Source: an uncultured Candidatus Saccharibacteria bacterium (lineage in GTDB: Bacteria > Patescibacteriota > Minisyncoccia > Phycocordibacterales > G965230995). Taken from it: a stretch of DNA of 64,000 nt. A program made the translations under genes and the position numbers. Below the pieces are notes generated by a model that did no database searches, had not been told where the DNA came from, and was given only the letters and a program-made list of their open reading frames with translations. The stretch covers positions 211,768-275,767 of the forward strand of contig OZ246398.1 in the NCBI GenBank assembly GCA_965230995.1. Direction: 5' to 3'. Within the stretch, counting starts at the first letter, position 1. Each line of letters starts with the position of its first letter. Shown piece after piece: positions 59,316 to 64,000 of this stretch.

Positions 59316-59800
59316 TTCTTTGTGAGGTCTATAAAAGTATAAGCAGGAGAATTTTCTAGATGTTCTTCTTTAAATTTTTCTATTTTGAAATCTTTGTAGT
59401 CTGGAAAGAAAGTATCTCCTTCAAAATTTCCGTGGACTATTGTTAGATGCAAAATGTCAGCAAGGTTCATAAACTGCTCATAGACCTTTGCTCCACCAAT
59501 AATAAACACATCCTCACCACCAGGTGATTTTTTTGCAATCTCCAAAGCATTTTCTATGTTTGGGCAGGTGACACAACCAGCAATTTCTTCTGCTTCCCTT
59601 GATAAAACAATATTTGTTCTGTCTGACAGAGGTTTGCCGATGGATTCAAAAGTCCTTTTACCCATAATGATAGGGTGTCCAGATGTAATCTCTTTGAATC
59701 GTTTAAAATCAGCAGGTATATGCCAAGGTATTTTCCCTTTGTTTCCGATTACACGGTTGCCTTTGCCAACCGCAACAATAATGTGGATTTTTTGGTTCAT
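59312..59800 (-). CDS. folA: Dihydrofolate reductase
   Basis: IG-x4-IPW-x3-D, IMGKRTFES, FIIGG, GDTFFP. Confidence 0.95.
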   Translation of the reverse strand: MNQKIHIIVAVGKGNRVIGNKGKIPWHIPADFKRFKEITSGHPIIMGKRTFESIGKPLSDRTNIVLSREAEEIAGCVTCPNIENALEIAKKSPGGEDVFIIGGAKVYEQFMNLADILHLTIVHGNFEGDTFFPDYKDFKIEKFKEEHLENSPAYTFIDLTKN

Positions 59801-59879
59801 TTATAAATATTAACATAAAAAAGAACGTGCCCACCGCCACGGGGCGGTAGGCACGTATTGCAATCAGACCGCCTGGGCA

Positions 59880-60461
59880 TCACTCATTCATGTGATACGC
59901 CCGGACGAGTTCCTCTTCGGTATTTGCATTGAAAAGGAGGTGATCCCTTTCGGTCTGAAGCCCCCGTTCTGCGTAGACGCGCGCGTAAACCTCCATCCGG
60001 GCAATCTGCGCCTCGCGTACCTCTTCGGGCTTCCCGAAGACCTGCAGGACACTTCCTTTGCCTGTCGGCCGGATGAGGTGTGCGTGCGGATGCTTCAGGG
60101 TTGCCCCCGAGAGATCCGGCCTGTCACCGAACCGGAGAGCCAGACCTCCCCCTCGGATGTTGTACATCCCGCAGAGAGTGTTGAAGAAGGAAAAGAGCTC
60201 CGCGCCTTCTTCGGGCTTGAAAACAAAACCAGCGACATCCTTCGGGTGCCTCTTGAGGACTAGCACGAAGGGTTGATGTTGGGAGGGGTTTTCCTTGTAG
60301 ATTGCGTTCTCAATCACAGTCCAGAACATCCCCACGAGGACTGCTCTGTTCGGTTCCTTGATTTTGCAAAACGGGCAAACATCTTGTTCGATAGCCCGCC
60401 TCATGATTTCGTAGTAGTGGTAGCCCCAGCAGTTTTCGAGCCAACAAATCCAGTTTTTCAC
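59880..60461 (-). CDS. HIT-family hydrolase, GC-rich
   Basis: CPFC and SGATLKHPHAH; GTG start with GGAG upstream (ORF track starts at 60497). Confidence 0.75.
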   Translation of the reverse strand: MKNWICWLENCWGYHYYEIMRRAIEQDVCPFCKIKEPNRAVLVGMFWTVIENAIYKENPSQHQPFVLVLKRHPKDVAGFVFKPEEGAELFSFFNTLCGMYNIRGGGLALRFGDRPDLSGATLKHPHAHLIRPTGKGSVLQVFGKPEEVREAQIARMEVYARVYAERGLQTERDHLLFNANTEEELVRAYHMNE

Positions 60462-60600
60462 CGCATTTTCTCCGTTGAGGGTTTCGCCAAAGATCACATC
60501 TCAAATAATATTATATTATAAGTATAAGCTTTTGTAAAGAATGATGAAAGCTTAAGAAAAAAGATATATAATAGGGTTATACAAATAATATAAAAATAAA

Positions 60601-61197
60601 ATGCCAGATGTAGAACTACTTGAAGAAGATTTTTTTCATCGGGAATCAAATTTGGAGAAAAGAAAGATAGACACCTATGATGATCTGGCTGTTGTGTTAA
60701 AGAAATTAAGAGAAAAGGGGAAAAGGATTGTTTTGACTCAAGGTGTGTGGGATCTCATACACGAGGGTCATGCAATGTATCTTGAAGCAGCAAAGAGACA
60801 TGGCGATGTTCTGATTGTTGGCGTTGATTCTGACAGGTTAACAAAAATTAGAAAAGGGGAGAATAGGCCCATTGTCCCAGAATCAGAGCGATTGCGAATG
60901 TTATCGCATCTTAGATCGGTCGATCTTCTTTTCGTTAGAGATAATGAAAACGATATGGAAGATTTAGTTAGATTTGTTCATCCTGACGTATTTGTGATGT
61001 CAAAAAGCACAAAAGATATTCCTTTGGAAAAAGGTCACTTTGATAATTTTGCAGATAAAATAGTGTGTCTTGAACCTCAGGCAACATCTTCTACAACAGC
61101 AAGAATTAGAAATTTGACAATAGAAGGAGCAGAAAAACTTGCAAAGGAAATAAACAAATTAACGTTGGACTTTTTAGATAAGATAAAAAATAGTTGA
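60601..61197 (+). CDS. Cytidylyl/adenylyltransferase (RfaE/TagD-like HIGH family)
   Basis: GVWDLIHEGH, GVDSD, KG-x2-RP, SSTT. Confidence 0.88.
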   Translation: MPDVELLEEDFFHRESNLEKRKIDTYDDLAVVLKKLREKGKRIVLTQGVWDLIHEGHAMYLEAAKRHGDVLIVGVDSDRLTKIRKGENRPIVPESERLRMLSHLRSVDLLFVRDNENDMEDLVRFVHPDVFVMSKSTKDIPLEKGHFDNFADKIVCLEPQATSSTTARIRNLTIEGAEKLAKEINKLTLDFLDKIKNS

Positions 61198-61198
61198 T

Positions 61199-62035
61199 AT
61201 GAAAAAAGCGATTGTTGCTCTAGTGCCTGTAATACATTCGAACTATCTAAAGTTTTTTGAAAAAGACGTGGATGTTTTGTATATAATTGGTGAATCGATT
61301 CTAGAAAAATGGGATCACAATATCCATTTGCACAGGGATCTAAGAAGAATTGATCAACAAAAAATTGCACAACTAATAGAAAAATCCAACCTGGTTAAAA
61401 AAGTTTTTGTTTTGGAAGAAAAAAATATTTCAGAACTGCTTGAATATGAGAATATTATTATGCCAGATGAAGATGTTTCTCGTTGGTTTGCAGATAAATT
61501 CTTACCAGAAAAAAGGGTTTCTTTTGAAAATATTTTTTTGAGATGGAATAAACCAGTAAGCACTACCGAAATGCAGATTGTTCCAGATAGAGTAATCACA
61601 GAAGAAGCCATTCATAAAGATTTTATCGGAAAAGCAGAAATTTTATCGGAAAAGAGCGCAAATTGGTGGAGACAGATTGGGGCACTAGCGGTTTTAGATG
61701 GTAGGGTTATTGCAAGTTCATACAATAGACATGTGCCAACTCAATATAATATTGAGGTTTATGGAGATTTAAGAGCTGACTTTAATGCAGGAGAGCATCA
61801 TGAGCTTTCTAATTCTATTCATGCCGAAGCCTCCTTAATAGCAAAATGTGCAAAAGATGGGATAAAGATTTCAGGGGCTGATTTATATGTTACGACCTTT
61901 CCATGCCCAACATGTGCAAAACTAGTTGCTGATGCTGGAATCAAACGAGTTTTTTACAAAGACGGTTATTCTCTTGCTGATGCTGAAGATGTGCTAAAGA
62001 ATGTAGGTGTAGAGATAATTTTGGTTAAAAAATAA
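61199..62035 (+). CDS. dCMP deaminase-like protein with extra N-terminal domain
   Basis: HAE and PCPTC zinc motifs in the C-terminal half. Confidence 0.85.
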   Translation: MKKAIVALVPVIHSNYLKFFEKDVDVLYIIGESILEKWDHNIHLHRDLRRIDQQKIAQLIEKSNLVKKVFVLEEKNISELLEYENIIMPDEDVSRWFADKFLPEKRVSFENIFLRWNKPVSTTEMQIVPDRVITEEAIHKDFIGKAEILSEKSANWWRQIGALAVLDGRVIASSYNRHVPTQYNIEVYGDLRADFNAGEHHELSNSIHAEASLIAKCAKDGIKISGADLYVTTFPCPTCAKLVADAGIKRVFYKDGYSLADAEDVLKNVGVEIILVKK

Positions 62036-62476
62036 TTATCCAACTCTCGCCATTACTTTATCTGCAGAATTCTTTGCAGATATAATATGTAAATGAAGAT
62101 GGGAGACCGTAGCCCCTGATAGAGTAGGGTCGCCTAATCTTCCTAGTATTGACGCACTTTTTAGATTAAAATTTTGTTTAATATTTTTTTGAATTTCTTT
62201 TACATCAAGCCATTCTTCATCCGTAAGTTCGTCGACGGTTTTTATATGTCTTTGTGATATGAGCAGAATATGTTTTTGGGTATTTTCATATGGCCATGCG
62301 TTTTCAGTCACAATCCAAGATTTTGTTTCAAACAATATTGGCTTGCTGTGATATTTTTCTATATTTTCTCTACAAAAAGGACACACTCCATCGTTAATGA
62401 TTTTTTGCATTACCTGTATTTGTTCGTCTTTTCTTGCGTTTGCAATAGAGAGTCCGCTTTTTTGATCTGTCGTCAT
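62036..62476 (-). CDS. HIT-family hydrolase
   Basis: CPFC, NAWPY, SGATVSHLHLH. Confidence 0.85.
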   Translation of the reverse strand: MTTDQKSGLSIANARKDEQIQVMQKIINDGVCPFCRENIEKYHSKPILFETKSWIVTENAWPYENTQKHILLISQRHIKTVDELTDEEWLDVKEIQKNIKQNFNLKSASILGRLGDPTLSGATVSHLHLHIISAKNSADKVMARVG

Positions 62477-62480
62477 ATTT

Positions 62481-63425
62481 TTAAATTGGTGTTGGTATAG
62501 TAACCCAAGGATGTGGATTGTAATCTTCTAATACAAAATCCTCAGGTCTAAAATCTGATAATTTTTCTATTTTTCTATTCGTTTCGATTCGAACAGTGGG
62601 GAAGGGTCTTGGTTCGCGTGATAGTAATGTGTCGATAGCTTCATTTTGAACATCATAATAGTGTGGGTTTGATAGAAAATGAGTGTATCTTGTAAAAGTG
62701 TATCCAAGTATATGTGAAGCCATAAGCCCTAGTGATGCCCATTCAATCAAATTGAATTGTAAACCAACTGGAACATCCGCTGATCTTTGAGTGTGGGTGA
62801 GCTCTAATTCTTTTGTATGGTCAAACAAAGTAAAATGTAAAAAGTTTCCGTGACATGGTGCCACTACGACTTTTCGTTTGAATCCTTGTGATTCATCTCC
62901 CATAGAAAGTGCTGGGTGCCATGTTGTCATTACATGTGTGCGTAAAAATGGCATTTTTTTCATTTGATTCATTACCGCTTCTACTTGATTGAAGAAACCG
63001 GTTGCTGTTTGGAATTTTCCAAGTGAGGCTCCATAAGAACCGTCTCCTAGATGATGCTCCTCTAGACCGAATTTTTCGCATTTTTCTTTTGTAACCCAGT
63101 TCTCCCACCAAATTTTCGGCATACCAAAAGTCTCTAACTCTTCTAGTGTTTCTGCTCCGTTTAAAAAACCAATCACTTCTCCAAGCGCGCCTTTGAAAGG
63201 ATTTTTTAGATTTCTCTCTGTTAGGACAGGGAAACCATTGCTCATATCAAAAGAGAGCATTCTGCCTGTTACTTCTCTTGAATTTTGATGACCAGTTTTT
63301 TTGTTTTCGTCCAACCTTGCATGTATTGGGACTTTGTCTTTGCCGTTTTCCCTGATGTCTTTTAGGAGGTTTTTATATTGAAAATCAGGTGTTCTTTCGC
63401 TGTATGGTTTGTAGTTTATCATCAC
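62481..63425 (-). CDS. thyA: Thymidylate synthase
   Basis: APCH catalytic Cys, QRSADVPVGLQFN, YNPHP. Confidence 0.92.
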   Translation of the reverse strand: MMINYKPYSERTPDFQYKNLLKDIRENGKDKVPIHARLDENKKTGHQNSREVTGRMLSFDMSNGFPVLTERNLKNPFKGALGEVIGFLNGAETLEELETFGMPKIWWENWVTKEKCEKFGLEEHHLGDGSYGASLGKFQTATGFFNQVEAVMNQMKKMPFLRTHVMTTWHPALSMGDESQGFKRKVVVAPCHGNFLHFTLFDHTKELELTHTQRSADVPVGLQFNLIEWASLGLMASHILGYTFTRYTHFLSNPHYYDVQNEAIDTLLSREPRPFPTVRIETNRKIEKLSDFRPEDFVLEDYNPHPWVTIPTPI

Positions 63426-63602
63426 TACATTTTACTCTGAAGTTACCTCAATTCAAAGAAAAAAGAGAGGGGGAATTAAAATAGTCTACACGTCAATATG
63501 TTGCATATTGAGGCTTGGCGTATAATAAAGTGATAACAAAAATTCCATGTTGTAATCAAATTAAAAGTGGGAATATCATTACAATTTAATCGCTGTTTTA
63601 CT

Positions 63603-64000
63603 ATGAAAGACAAAGAAATAGAGAAATTAATCAAGGCAGAAGAAAAAAGACAAAAGAGCGTTGTGAATCTGATTGCTTCAGAGAATTTTGTATCAAAAGA
63701 TGTACTATCTGCATTGGGTTCTGTTCTAACAAATAAATATTCCGAAGGATATCCTGGAAAGAGGTATTATGGCGGTCAGACTTTTACAGACAAAGTAGAA
63801 GTCTTGGCACAAAAAAGAGCCTTAAAGGCTTTTGGACTTTCTTCTAAAAATTGGCATGTTAATCTCCAGCCTCTGTCAGGTTCGCCAGCCAACGTTGCTG
63901 TCTATTTAGGACTAGTTCCAAAGGGAGAAAAAATTATGGGTATGAGCCTAACCAATGGCGGACATCTTACCCACGGACACAAGGTCTCTATTACGGGAAT
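63603..64000 (+). CDS. glyA: Serine hydroxymethyltransferase (runs off the window)
   Basis: [40 protein letters not shown]. Confidence 0.95.
   Translation, partial: MKDKEIEKLIKAEEKRQKSVVNLIASENFVSKDVLSALGSVLTNKYSEGYPGKRYYGGQTFTDKVEVLAQKRALKAFGLSSKNWHVNLQPLSGSPANVAVYLGLVPKGEKIMGMSLTNGGHLTHGHKVSITG

Noticed and set aside
1-64000. Alternative genetic code (TGA as Gly) or a prophage
   Set aside because: Conserved genes are full length under code 11 and some end in TGA; no phage structural, integrase or transposase genes were recognised.

Overview
AT-rich bacterial chromosome segment typical of Patescibacteria/CPR, most likely Parcubacteria (short YebC, type IV pilus genes, multi-LamG surface proteins, tRNA-Arg(GCG), rplK with no rplA behind it). 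Taxonomy is inferred from gene content only. It carries about 60 CDS: ruvABC, polA, mutM, murE, alr, pilB/pilMNO, a CsoR copper locus, a LexA/UmuD-like plus Pol IV cassette, a class Ic RNR, secE-nusG-rplK and a folA-thyA-glyA cluster with HIT, cytidylyltransferase and deaminase genes. It also has seven tRNA genes. The most unusual signal is a family of non-coding palindromic elements directly behind four tRNA genes (Lys, Arg-TCT, Val, Leu). Each combines shared, covarying hairpin cores with an antisense copy and a direct copy of its own host tRNA's T-arm/3' end. Other leads are three LamG genes with near-identical linker DNA around swappable cores, a 6S-like structured RNA, an integrase-less one-gene islet at tRNA-His, a universal N73-C-A tRNA trailer, GC-rich solo genes (one resembling a DGR target) and many apparently leaderless genes. 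All calls are by eye; no searches or folding programs were run.
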